Shown: in pieces, positions 14,346 to 27,504 of the stretch
Numbering within the stretch: position 1 is the first letter of the stretch
How the letters are laid out: each line of letters begins with the position of its first letter
Source: Tubiluchus corallicola
Taxonomy: Eukaryota; Animalia; Priapulida
Reading direction: 5' to 3'
Assembly (NCBI GenBank): GCA_030141605.1
Contig: JAQGDQ010000873.1
Location: forward strand, 1-64,000
Length of the DNA stretch: 64,000 bases
The notes under the pieces: model-generated
Database searches by the model: none
What the model was told of the DNA's origin: nothing
What the model saw: only the letters and a program-made list of their open reading frames with translations
Translations under genes and position numbers: made by a program

Positions 14346-15139
14346 CGGCGATGTGAAAATGTGTTCCTGTTGGAGGCACACAATTTGGCTATGGTAACCG
14401 CCGTCACTGGATTCTACTGCAGCGAACTCTTGCGGCGCAGACGGGATAAGGTGAATATTAAAAAAACTCTAGGAAGTAAATGAAATAAACTGGCATTTTC
14501 ATTCAGTTTTATTAACCTAAAACATTAAAAAACAAGTATTTAACGTCAGAAGGCTTTCTCAGCAACAGTGCCATAAATGAGTTGTGGTTATGTAGAATAA
14601 TTTTTGAAAAACAAATTTAAAAAACATTGCAAAGCTAACAAGAGGCATTTGGTGGAGGCAGATGTAGATTTTAATGCACATGCGCAGTACAAATTTTCTC
14701 TGTGAATCCGTGAAATTGATTTTTTTTTTAAATTTCGTTAATATTGTTTCTTTATGTAAGCGTAAATTTCTGCATTAATTGTGCTGAATTTAATTAACAA
14801 TTCTAAACTGTTCAGCGCAATTTGAAGTTTGGACGGTCTGTGCGTATTTGTGCAGGCTTTAGTTTAGATCCCGTTTCCTTATACTTTCCCGTATGAGCAT
14901 TACATCGAGTACTATTAGATTTAATTCGATTAGATTTTGTTTTTATTCACTACATATAGTACCATATTACATCTATTTGCAACACACATAAAGTTATTAA
15001 TAAAACAGACAAAAATTACTAATTAAAAATCTACAATGCATATTAAAAATGTCTTTCCTAACAATTTACAACTTAAAGTAGTCACTTGATATCTATTACC
15101 AGTTTTACTTACAGTATACGATTTCTTAAAGCAAAACCG

Positions 15140-15437
15140 TACATGCATGCATGCATGCATACACACACACACACACATGCACACGCACGCACGCACGCAC
15201 GCACACATTCTTTCTTTCATTCATTCATTCATACATACATGCACGCATACATACACGCACACATACATACATACACGTATACATACACGCACACATACAC
15301 ACTTACATACATACACACATACACGCACACATACACACATACATACACGCACGCACGCACACACACACACACACGCACACATACACACATACATACATAC
15401 ACACACACTCGCACGCACGCACGCACACACACACACA
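15140..15437. repeat. Compound (CA)n/(CACG)n/(CATA)n microsatellite
   Basis: Directly visible. Confidence 0.95.
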
Positions 15438-16165
15438 ATCTTTATTTAAAGTCGCGTGTACAACGGAAGAAGAACATGAACAGACATCTTACGTCACTAG
15501 AAATATGTATTCTATTTCTCTAGAGAACGTATTAATATTTTTGCCTTTGAAGTTTCCATTATAACCTTTCACCGGGACCTCGTGGGACGGTTTCAGCTGA
15601 TTTGTGTATAAAAATTAAATACACGTAGCCTTTTTTAAACAAAATCGCTTTTGTATTTTCAGTCCTCACTTTTACAGGTTTTGATGTTTCTGTTCTGAAT
15701 TCCCTACGATCATAAAAAAATCCTATTTTCTCACGAAAGCCATTAGACTGCAATACGTTTGCTCGGCGAAACATCTTCGTTGTAGAGCTGACGCTGTTTT
15801 TTTTAATTTTACTTCATCTGGGCTTAATTACGACCCTCATGTGCTCAATATTTGAACGGCTTGACTGTTCCACAGTGTCAACAAAAGCGCGCAGTATAAC
15901 TCAATTGGGAAAATTCTTTCCTCTTTCTTGTTTGTATTGCCATTTTACTTTATGGATTTTACAGATGGTAATAAATGTTATCGGTGGTGTGATTTTAAAT
16001 GTGCATCAACGTGTCAGATTATAAAGAAAGTGTACAATTTCAGGCTGTAGCTCAAACTGACGTAAAGTCAGTGAAAAGATATGAATAGTTTACATTAAAG
16101 TGTTATTTTATTGCTGAATTTCGCCAGCATCCATTGTTGCATCACGAATTCACGACGCTCTATGC

Positions 16166-16473
16166 CAGTGGTTCCCAAAGTAGGGGTAAATTACCCCCCC
16201 CCGGGGGTAATATGTTTTTTTTTGGGGGGGGGGTAACAGGCACCCCTCTGAAAATGTTTAAAACTTCGCTCGGAATGCATTTTACGTAGTTTTCTTCTTG
16301 AAGAGACTGCCTCCGGCAGGCAACACTGTGTCATGGGGTCTATCATTCGCACGTTCCCACGATCTCTGGTGCGATCCTGGGGAGAAGTAGTACTAGGTGG
16401 GGGGCGGGGGGGTAATGGACACGACCGGGTTTCCCGATTTGGGTAACGGTCCGAGAAAGTTTGGGAACCACTG
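16166..16473 (+). mobile_element. hAT (Charlie-like) MITE, family Y copy 1
   Basis: TIRs CAGTGGTTCCCAAA / TTTGGGAACCACTG. Perfect 8-bp TSD CTCTATGC (16158-65 and 16474-81). A second copy lies inverted at 62555-62794. Confidence 0.93.
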
Positions 16474-16482
16474 CTCTATGCC

Positions 16483-17289
16483 ATAGAGGAGGATAGATTA
16501 TCCTATAAGCCAGTATAGCCCCCCAGTGGCGTATTAACTAATAGGCTAACTAGTTTATAACCTAGGGCGCCAAAGTTTGAGGGACGTCACATTTTAGAAA
16601 AAATTCTCCTCGGTAAATGTGTATACTTTCATATTCGTGTAAATGACGCGTTTTATAACACACCGCAGGCAGTTACAGAGCTCAGCTTTCATATAAGTGC
16701 CACATAACGAACAGATACAAGGTATTACACAACAACCAGTTGCGTAGTTTGCTTAAATATGAGCGCCATGCAAATACATGTAATTAATAATTAGAAACAA
16801 GGTTTATAGTGTTTCTAATACACCACAAATAATTGCTATTGCGCTCATTATATAAATTCACAGTAGAGATGGGTGGGACAGAACTATCAGCCTAAGGCGC
16901 CGTAGAGTCTTGTTACGCCCCTGTAGGCTGCAACCTAGGCCCTCAAGCGTAGAGAGAAGGCCCCAAGTTTGGTAACATTTGGTGAAAAACTGTTTATCTC
17001 TAAACTGTGTTGAAATATGTGCTAATTGATTTGCAATAAATAGTAAAATAGTCGTATTTCTTAAAGAGTATTTTTATTGTCAGAGAAAATAAAAGATTGC
17101 TATTCTAGTTTATTTAAAAAATGGCAATAAGTTTACTTCAAGCTAGGTAAATATCGCTAAAATATATCACGAGTAAAAGATATTCAAGAGGAGAGCAGGT
17201 GAGTTGGATTGTGGCTCAGGCGGGTTCATAGTTAGCCTGGGGTCCAAAGGGTCATAATCCGGCCCTGGGCATAATCCTGCCCTCCCTAT
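16483..17289. mobile_element. Older hAT-like MITE interrupted by the 16524-16923 element
   Basis: The right end ATAATCCGGCCCTG (ends 17267) is a typical hAT-MITE TIR. 16483-16501 and 17271-17289 form an imperfect inverted pair. The left end is degraded. Confidence 0.4.
16524..16923. mobile_element. MITE, apparently nested inside an older element
   Basis: TIR-like ends CAGTGGCGTA / TACGCCCCTG, with subterminal cctagggcgcc / cctaaggcgcc motifs. No clean TSD. Confidence 0.55.
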
Positions 17290-19710
17290 TAATGCCCTAT
17301 TAAGTTTCTAAACACAGGCAATAGTGTGTATCTTCGATCTTAAGTCAAAGTGAGGTGTGGTTTGAAGACGTCCTGTTTTCGTTTAGAGCAGTTGCAATAC
17401 ATTGTATTTGTCTGTAGTGGCAAAATCAAGAGTTGCAGCCCATCCGGCTTGGAATGTACCATGTACTTTTAAAAAATGTACTTAATGTACCAATGTACTG
17501 TTAAAAAATTCACTGCCATTGCTGTGTATTTAGCACTATACTTTAGCAAAATTTGTAAACTAATTGTTTCGTTTGTAATATTGCACGTTTAACATATCGT
17601 TATTGTAAATGTATATTTAATTTCGTTGGTCTTAATGACGATAAAAATATTACTACTACCGAAATGTAAAAAATGGCCGTTTGCCCGTTTCCTTGCTTTT
17701 GAAGACGTGTGAGTCTAATTGAAGCCACTGAGTTTTCACGGGCTGCCTGAAGGCCCAAAGCAATTTCAACTTTTGCGTCTCTTGTAAAACTGATGATTGC
17801 TCTGTAAGCAAATGCAGTTTATTCTTACATAAGACTCAGCGATTATAAAAGAACTCAGAGTTATACAAGAGCACCTCGCACGCGTGCAAAATTCGTGTTT
17901 TTAAAAACGCTGAGCGAAAGTCACTTAGTCAAATCGCATTTGAAGCACTTCATCATATTGCCAATAATTCGTGCGATAATATTTGTGTAACACAGCTTGC
18001 GCTAAAAGCTTTCTGAATAGTTTACGATTACACTGACTGTATTGGGCGAATGACTAGTAGGTGGAATGGAGGCACAGACGTCTTTGTCAATAACCTTTCT
18101 TTTTCTTGTCGTTGATGGTACCATTATTTGAAGAATGTACTGAGGGCAGACGTTATAATCGAAGTACATTATGGTTGTTGTCCATCGAATTCGAGAAAGG
18201 CTGTTCAATGCTGTTGCTACTGATACTTTTCAGCGCATTGCAATCCACTGTTCAGTACTCAACAACAGTAGGGTCTAGTTAATGTAGGTGGATGTATGAG
18301 GACCAGAACCCATCTCACTGTGAGAGTATGGTCAGCGCTGCCTAAACTACAGTCATACGCTACATAGACATAGAAATTGGTCATCAAGCCAGCTACCCTT
18401 CTACAATTAGTGCAAATTGTAAAAGAAATTTGTAGCGCTGTTAATTATACGGAGTAATATAATTATGAAGTAGGATAAGATAATCAACTGTTAAAGGAAA
18501 ACCGGATGATTGTGTAAACACGAGTTCAGACTAAAGAATGCTCTAAAATATTGAAAACTACAAGCTTATTTTAAATCAAGCTTACATTAAATAATAATTA
18601 CCTCGAATACTCAAATTTCGTTAAACTTTCAAAGCTACGCGCGGCTCAGTTAATCTACTAAGATTGGCAGCGGCGCCTTTATGTCACATTCGCGTGGCCG
18701 ACAAATAGAAGGCGGTACCATGATAAGCATGATCATGAACTGCTGTGTTAGTTTCATGACGTCATATGATGTAAAGCCCATTTTTCGTGACATCATGCGT
18801 TTAAGCAGTACTGTAACACCTATGCAAAGACGCGCAAGGGAAGACGCCTGCCATTGCAAAAACTGTGGTTAGTTTCTGACGCAAGCAACAGCTGTGTTCG
18901 GTTGCCGTTAATTAACTTTCTAAGCTAATTATTCAAATATAAGGAACAGTTGTTTTAACACTTTTATAGGCAAGAAAATGTATATTTTGGACAGTAAACT
19001 AAAATGAGATTGAGTCTAAAGAATCGTCCGGCTTTCCTTTAATGCAAATCTATAGGGGAAGAAATTAAACTTTGAATCGGTTATGCAACAAGGAAGCTTT
19101 ATGATAAAATGAAGTATATGCAATGACGACCAGCCAAATATGAAAAGCATATAACTAACTGATTAGAGCCTAAACAAAACTATAAAATCAGTCGAAGCAA
19201 GAGAAGAAAATAGAGCATAAATAAAAAATCAGCAAAGAAAACAAAATATGCATGATAAAATGAAACTAAATATAATTAAACGAACAGCTACATGAGCATT
19301 TGTGAACCATTGTTTCCCATTGTGGTCGAGTGTCAAAACATTTGGCAGTATTGTAGGCAATGCAAGGCGCCTGTTTTTTCTCACTATAGCACATAATACC
19401 TATTAATAGCATAATAATGTAGTTCTGTTACAATTATCGTGACTATATTGATTTTTTCCTAGTTATAGCGCATAATAATCATAAGATAATAACACAAATT
19501 GTAATGCAAAATTGTATGTTGAAGTGGGTAATAAATTAACCTCTTTTTCTTCCCGATTGTCTTCTATGTAGATGATGATGCTATTATATGCAATTTTATT
19601 CTCATAATTCACCTACATGCTAATTGCCTGAATATAAATGTACAAGATATGATGGATAATTTATTTGACATTTTTCCGCTAAAAATATACCATCATTACT
19701 GTTGGTGTAA

Positions 19711-20187
19711 TTTTGTATAAAACCTTTAATTTGTGTCCATAAAAATTGCATAGCAAGTACTTGTATGCATTGTATGTGTGTAAATGCATCTTATTAAAGT
19801 ACTTCTTTTGTATAAAACCTTTAAATTAAGTCTATAAAAATTGCATAGTAAGTACTTGTATGCATTGTATGTGTGTAAATGCATCTTATTAAAGTACTTC
19901 TTTTGTATAAAACCTTTAAATTAAGTCTATAAAAATTGCATAGTAAGTACTTGTATGCATTGTATGTGTGTAAATGCATCTTATTAAAGTACTTCTTTTG
20001 TATAAAACCTTTAAATTAAGTCTATAAAAATTGCATAGAAAGTACTTGTATGCATTGTATCTGTAAATGCCTCTTATTAAAGTACTTCTTTTGTATAAAA
20101 CCTTTAAATTACGTCTATAAAATTTGCATAGCAAGTGCTTGTATACATTGTATCTGTAAATGCCTCTTATTAAAGTACTTCTTTTGT
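19711..20187. repeat. Five-copy 93-95-bp tandem minisatellite
   Basis: Units begin ttttgtataaaacc at 19711, 19806, 19901, 19996 and 20089; the last unit ends near 20182. Confidence 0.95.
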
Positions 20188-23100
20188 TTTTTCTCGGTGT
20201 GGATTGCATACCTGGACTACACTCACTCAGGTAAGTGTAATTCGTATTCATTGTTTCTATTTTGGGGGAATTTTCCTGGGATGTCAAAGTGATTGTTTAC
20301 AAACCATAGTCACCAGGGTTTGTTTTTTCATGTAACTACTTATTTCTGTCTGTTAGTTACAGACTTATGGGTTAGGATAAAATTTTACCGCTAACGTGTT
20401 AGCGGTCTAGTGGCAGTTCTGGTTCATGTAATTAGTTCATTTCAGTTCAATCAATTTTATTTCCTCTACATTAGTTTCAGATACAATAGTTAGTAACAAT
20501 TTCATTAACATGTGGGAGTAGGAGCATTAAAAGCTGGTCGCCATCTCACCTGCCCTTTTTTTAAGTTTTCTTTGTAGGCACAAAATTCCTAGGATAATTA
20601 AGATTATGTACCAGTTTCTTCAAAGAAATGAATTGAATTAGTTACATAAAGACACTTGGTTTTACAAGGAATTATACATGTATTAATCAAAAGCATTGTT
20701 AACAATAAAGAATTGGACTGTGATTACAAATTACGGAAATACTGAAGCAATAAATTTAAATAATTTAATTACATTAAGCGATAAACTGTATACTGTCACG
20801 CGAGAGTTCAAAATAAACATTTAAAACGGAAGCTCTAGTCAGAAACATGCAAACTGTGGAAATTGCATGGAAAAGTGCACAGTATATTATCAGGCGATTA
20901 TGGTTTTGCTTCCTAGAGCCACTAAGGACATGTGGAAGTTGCATGAATGAAGTTTTAAAGAGCTTTTTGAATAATGCAAGGATCCATCTTAAAGGAGGCA
21001 ATATGCACAAGATGGTGGCAGCACTGATGTCTAATCCCAGAAATAGTCCATGTTAAATTTTGCGTTAAAAATTACACCAGTGTGTGCAATCTGCTTACTA
21101 ATGTCTCTGTAAAAGAATTAGTCAACTTTTTCTCTAACATACATTATTGGGAGTACTTTTTCATTAGTTCGTTCTTTATACGTGTACGGAACCAGAGCAC
21201 GTGAGGGTAGTACTGTTTGCTTCACAACCCAGCACAGTGGTGCGCTCCAGCAATGCGGTTTATTGGCTGTTGTGCGCATGCGGCCATGCACATGTCTGAG
21301 CCCAGGTAGAGAAAGTTCTGTCACTCACACAGTTTGTTGTCAGTTGTCACGTGCTTACCGTGAATGAATCAAACTTGAACTGCGACAATTTAGGCTATTA
21401 TTAAGCAAAAATTATTTTTTTGTTTAGGATTTTATCAAGTTTCTGTATAAACTTTTGTACGTTTGTTTGTTTAAAATTACAAATTGCAACATTAAAATTA
21501 CATATATTTATTTCGTTTTACACAGTAGTGAAACAATGGCTAAAAATTTTCTCAAGCAGCACCCCCATTATTCTAACTACGGACCCCCACTGATTGGGAG
21601 ACCTTGCCATTTGGTACAGAATCTTACAGTAGTTTGTGTAACACAAAAAATTGATGGTGTGTCCCACACTCGGTCTTTTTAAAATGCACAGCGATGCTAA
21701 GTTTTTTTGAGAAATCGATAGAGATTGATTAGTCAGATATATCAGTATCAGTCGCGTTATGCATTTGACAAATTCTCTCTACTCAGACATACATAATTGG
21801 GAGGAAGATGAAAACCTCGTTATTTGGCACAGAACCTTATAGTAGTTTGTGTAAGGCAAAAAGCCCACGATGTTGGTCACGCTTAGTCCACTCGGTGTGT
21901 TTAGAATGCATAGAGATGCTCTTCGGGAGATCGATGGGGATTGCTCTACTGCCTGCGGAAACTTTAAAATTCAGTCATCCCCGGCAACACATACAGCCCG
22001 CTGGAAAAACTTATTGGGAATCAATCGCGATTATGATCGCTTCCTCATTAATAATTGAAAGCGACTGCTTGCTACAGCCGGTAAACATTGTGGTGTTTGC
22101 AAAAATCAATTTCCATATTTGTCTCTGCTGGGAAATGTCATTTTCATAACTAGCGTGAATGAATTAATGTCATGGTTCATTGGGCATGAAGTCTGTTTCT
22201 GTCAGTTTTTGTTACCCTATGATGAACCACAGTTCAACTCGTAAGATTGTTCTATATTCCTACTAGCTTTTGTTGTTATTGTTGTGAAGGAGGGAGCATT
22301 AGTAAAAGAAGACGCCATTACTTTTTTTTACAATCGTTCCTATTATGTTGCCACTGAGACTTCAACGTAGTACAAAAAATGGCCATTAGTGAATTACTTG
22401 ATAAAATCAACACTGCTTAAACAAGTTATCTTACTAAATAGTATTAAACTTTTATTTAATATGAGTTTGTGGTGAATTACTTGTAAAAGGCCATTCATGA
22501 AATGTAAAATCCTTTTAAAACGTTTATGAAGCAAAAGTCTGAATAATGTAATCAACAAATTTGTAATTAACTAGCAACCTGAGATTCCGTGTTAATTAAA
22601 CGTGCAAATTTGGATTCAAGTCTGCGTCACAGTGATGTCACAGAAATGGCGAATCTCGGGTGATTGTAGAATTGTGAATTTTGTTGAAGTTGCTTTTGTA
22701 CTGTATTGTTTGAAACTTTTGGAAAGTAAAACTTCTCAGAGTTTTATCCTATCCAGAATGGCAGTTTTAGTGCAGGGCTTTCCTGAAATTCCCTTACTTG
22801 CATGTAATTTATTTAGTCTCGGTGACTTAGTATAAAACGTAGTATAAAGTAAAGAGCTGTGAAGTGATTAGTCTTTCAGTAAATAAAATATAATAAAATG
22901 AAATAGTTAAAAGCTAAAGGGTAGTTAACTAAAGTTTTTTTTGCAACAGACAACGGTGTCTTTTTAACATCTATTCACATATATATTTATTTTGGATAAC
23001 ATTTTACACGGTGACGATTTATTGTACTACCTCATAAACACATAATAAAAAAAGCTAAGCTAGATCTGCATGATTTAATGGTCAGGTGTTAGCTTTTTTA

Positions 23101-23533
23101 TTGAACATTAGCTGCAACTAGTGTGGTTATTATATGTGACTATAGTGCACAGTTCTTTAATGCATCATTGAGGAGTTTTTGAGGAAAAGTAAAGAAAAAA
23201 AATTAGAAACTGACATTATTGATCTGCTATTACAAATACCCGGTATATGTCACACACAAGAATTATTTTACATAAATGACTTACAATGGAATGAATAATA
23301 CTTTTCCAGTAGTTTTCTTGATAAACATATAATAATCGTAATTACCAACTTGTGACAGGATACTAATATTTCCTCTTTGTACCTGTCCAATCTCAATACA
23401 AGTTTGACAGATGGTAGATTTCTTCTCACCTTCAAGCTAAAATGATTCCTCCTGGACCTGTAACTTACGTGAATGGTCTCCAATGCAGTAAGGTCTACTC
23501 TATACTTATTGACTCTGTCCACTGGAATACTGG

Positions 23534-26500
23534 CTAAAATATTAAAAGTTTGCTGTACGCATTTTCATAAAGATCTGAATTGGCATTACTTGCTGAACTT
23601 TTGTCTGATATAGGCGCTGATACTACCTGTATAGGTTTGTTGCCAGAAGGTGTCACTACACTCTTGCTTGAACTAGTTTTTGCGTCTGCATTTGATGATG
23701 GGGGTTCTTGTGATTTTAAATTTCTATTGAAGAAGTCGTCATCTACATGTGGTTTCGATTGTGTTGTGGTTGCTAGCTTGCTGCCAAAGTTTCTGATTTC
23801 TTTACTCGGTTCAATTATTGTTAGTTTGGTGTTTCTTTGAGCTGGCGCTGCTTGCATACGTCTGTCTTTAATTGACGAATATCCATCTCTTATGTAGTAA
23901 CCTGGTGGATATGTTGTTACGCTTATCTGCCTGCTTCCTTTTGATCCAAAGTTGTTCCTTTGGTTAGAATATAAAGAGCCACGGTTTAGTAGTTTATTTA
24001 CTGTGCCTCTTATTTGAAATGGCATATCATCTGCATGCTGGAACCTGTTCGTTTTGCTCCTGCTTCCTTTACCTAAGTTCAGTGTCCAAGATCCATCATC
24101 CATATTAGGAGATTCCCTTATGTACTTGTTTGGTTGCGTATCACTGGCGTAGCTGTTTGATTTTCTTTCATTTCTGTTGAATTGTCTTCTGCGTGGCATT
24201 GCTTCAGCAGACATTGATTCTCTTGGCAGATACCCTTGTGCTTGCTCCCTTCCATTCTTTGCTCTGTTATGTTGATAATTAGAGGTACTAGTTCCTCTTT
24301 CACCATATCCCACAAATTCCTGTGTTTTGGAACGTATATCTGAGTTTGCAGATAGTGAAGGGAAAAATCTGCTCAGAGAACTTGGAGTAGTTGGTTGATC
24401 ATAATCTTCCATATAGCTTGGTCTTTTTGCAGGTTGCATATTACCATACTGACTTCCGTACATTACTGGCCTGTCGGTGCTATTGTAGATTTTGAATCCT
24501 TGTACATAATATGGAGATGTCGTATTGACGTATGCCTGGTAGAATAAAGGTTCAGTTGTGAGAAAAGGTGGTGCTGGAGTAAAGTGACGTGAAACGGGGC
24601 GAGGATATATGCCTTGGGGATTGTCATGTACACTGTAATAGTGGGTATTTTGTGGAGCTGCTCCTAGAACTTGTGCTTGCAGTGGTTCTATTTGGCCTCC
24701 AACATATTGTTGTGAAGGGATAGTGTATCCAGGATACATCACTTGGTTGGGTAAAGCATAACCTTGTTGTCCTGAACTCTGAGCAGCTTGCAGTAGTTTT
24801 CGGATTTGTGCTTCCCGAAGTTGTTTTTGATTAACGGCGGTGCCTCCTTTCTTATTTCGTCTCTTGTTGCTTTGTCGCCTGTTTTGTCGTTTCCGTTGCT
24901 TTTGCCTTCCTTGTTGTCTGCCACGTCTTTTTCCATTTTGTTTAGCTTTGCGTTTTCGAGCAAGCCTTGAATTTCTTCTTCTCGCCCGTTGTTTTCTGTT
25001 AGTATTTTCTTGTTGCCTGCTGGAAGTTCTGCCATTATTGCTTCTTCGTTTAACAAAGTCACTTGGTTCCCAAGTTGCTGTGGTTTCAGTAAACTCACCT
25101 GTGGATTCAGTAATGTCTTCTTGTCCATTGTCAGAACTTCTTGCTAGTAAACTCCGTGCATTTGGCTTTTTAAGCCTTTCTAGATTTCGCCTGCGCTTGT
25201 TAGTATTGGCCTTTTTATTTCTCATCATGCGGTTGTTTTTATTGCGCGATGATGTTGAACTTGACTGAGTGTCACTATTCCATGTGTCGGTAGTGCCTGT
25301 AAAAGCACCTGTAGTTTCTGTTGTAACAAGATCGTCTAGTCTGCGGTTACTCTGCCTGTTTCTTGGCTTACCATTTCTTTGTTTTTGACGTCTTTTCGCC
25401 TTTCGCATCGCTTTCATCTGTCTTCTTCGTTCATTTATCTGCCTTTGTTTTTTCTCTTGCTCGATTTGCTTTTGTAGATATTTTACTTGCTTTAATATTT
25501 GTCTTTTCTTTGCTAATAACAAGATCTTCTTTTTTTCTCTTATATCTCTTTCTTCTTCTGTCACATCTTGCATTTCTGTATTCGTTGCATCTGTGTTCAA
25601 AGTTTTTGCATCTGCCATTGCAGACGCATGAGATTCTTCATCATCCTCAGCAATTTCTTCTGTTCGCTTATCTTCTTCTGCCTTTATTTTCTGTTTTTCT
25701 GTTGGACCATTAATCATTTGCACTCGACTTTTGTAGTTGCTTAAATGTTCATGATATTCTGTTGCAATAGGACTAGAGCCACGAATTTGAACGGGTCTTC
25801 CATTTATGAATACCCCTTGCGGAATCTTGTCGTCTAATTCCCTTAGAGCGGCCAGCAATTCATCATTGTCATTTTCTAGAAAAAATTATTTAGATGTAGA
25901 TGTATTGTAGTCCTAGCAGTTAAAGTTTCTCTACCTAAAATGATATTATTTAGTTCTATTATTATATTGTTGGACTTGTCTTAAATTTTTTAACTAAAGC
26001 TAAAAATGTGTTGCTTAGTGGTGTAGTTTGAGGTAAAGCATTACTGAGGTCAAAATTTGTTCAATTTCTTTTACATGGTTAAGTAGCAATGTTGCTTTCA
26101 AATTTTTGAATTTAATTTCATGATACGTGTCACTTTCTGCTTTACAGCCGGCTTTATTTTGATTCCAGTTAAAGCACGTCCTTGTACCCTTGGATTATGA
26201 TGGTTTTTGTAGTTTTTATCAACATTTTGTGATCCTAAAAATTAGAAAAATAATACTGGAGAATTGTAAATACTCCTGGCTCCTGAACTGTTAAAGTAAG
26301 TAAGGTCACTTCAAGCATACCTTCTGTTTTAATAACAACTTTGGTTTCATCGTCTTTGCTGTCAGTGTCATCATAATCAGCTGATTCACTTGCTTCTGTG
26401 GATGGTGCTATTGATGTTGTTGTGTACTCCGGCGCTTCTTCTGTCTGACTTGATGCATCTGTGACAGCTTCCAGTTTGTGTGTAGCAACATCTTGCCGTT

Positions 26501-26855
26501 CTGGCTCTACGAGCGTTATGCCTCTTCGTCCCAGCGTTACTGTAGGTTCAGGCTCCGTGATTGTCACCGATTTTTGTGCAAGTGTCACAGTGGGGCCTTC
26601 TAACACAGACGCCAGTGTAGCTCCTCGTCTTCTAGTTGTGGATGCGACTCCTTGCCGTCTAAGTGGAGTTGTCATGACTCTTTGTCGTCTAGATGTTATT
26701 TTTGCATAATTGTCCACAGGGACGTATCCAGAATCGGTGGTTTGCAGAGAATTTCGATTGCCGGATCTCATTCCTCTCGTGCTCCACTAATTTGTCAGCA
26801 TCAATGGAAAAGCAATTAAATATACTGTGATAGTAACAAACAGTTGAAATTTCAT
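23534..26855 (-). CDS. Two-exon gene for a ~958-codon low-complexity, probably secreted Arg/Lys- and Thr-rich protein (cluster gene S1); in-frame TAG at codon 23
   Basis: Exon 1 is 26855-26321 (ATG, MKFQLFVTITVYLIAFPLMLTN*WSTRGMRSG..., donor GAAG|gtatgc). Exon 2 is 25875-23534 (acceptor ttttttctag|). The phase-1 junction joins the 178-aa and 774-aa ORFs in frame. AATAAA lies downstream on the minus strand near 23100-22985. Confidence 0.8.
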
Positions 26856-26861
26856 CTTAAT

Positions 26862-26925
26862 ATTTAAATCATAAGTGCAGGGAAAAGCTGGGAAGAAGAA
26901 GAAGAAGATTTAAATCATAAGTGCA
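26862..26925 (+). mobile_element. 28-bp retroposon 3' remnant with (GAA)n tail and 18-bp TSD
   Basis: ATTTAAATCATAAGTGCA at 26862-79 and 26908-25 flanks gggaaaagctgggaagaagaagaagaag. Confidence 0.75.
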
Positions 26926-27504
26926 TTGACACACTTTCAACTCTCGTCTGAATACTTAAAATATTTGAATCTTTTTTCCTTGCAAATATAGGATGCTAAT
27001 CTATGTCAAGTTGAATGGCTCTTGCTAAATTCTTTGCTAGTATTTATCATCGATTTTTGTTATTGTTCATTCTCTCTGAGGTTTTTATTGATTATTAAGT
27101 TCACTTGCTTCAAGTCTTTTGTCCTGAATAAGATACTAAAATAAGTCTAGCCTTCACCAGAATTTTGTATCCTCATTTAGGTAGCAATTTGAACTTGACA
27201 GTGATTGTACTGCATCTTTTAGTTGTGCAATAGCAGTTGCTGTACTTACGCTCTTTTCATATTGCTGATCCGTTTCAGTAGTTTGCTTGTCATAACTGTG
27301 ATACGATTTCAGGTTTTCTCCTTGACTAACAATGGAAAAGGTCTGTAAATCCAAGAGTACTGATATAGTAAATAATCATAATAATCTTTATTTAAATTCA
27401 GCTTTTGGGTGAACAATTAACATTAGCTCAAAGAGCTATTATCGCCTACTGTAAATGACAACCTACAGATACATAACAGAAGCTATTATTACCCCATTTT
27501 TACC

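Noticed and set aside
15023-15564. HT/CV-repeat ORFs
   Set aside because: They are translations of a (CA)n compound microsatellite.
19711-20187. CRISPR-like or coding interpretation of the 95-bp array
   Set aside because: The units are identical head-to-tail copies with no spacers, and 95 is not a multiple of 3.
23580-26709. Plus-strand and alternative-frame ORFs overlapping S1 (likewise those over the IRs, S2, S3 and S4)
   Set aside because: They are antisense or frame shadows of real biased-composition coding sequence.
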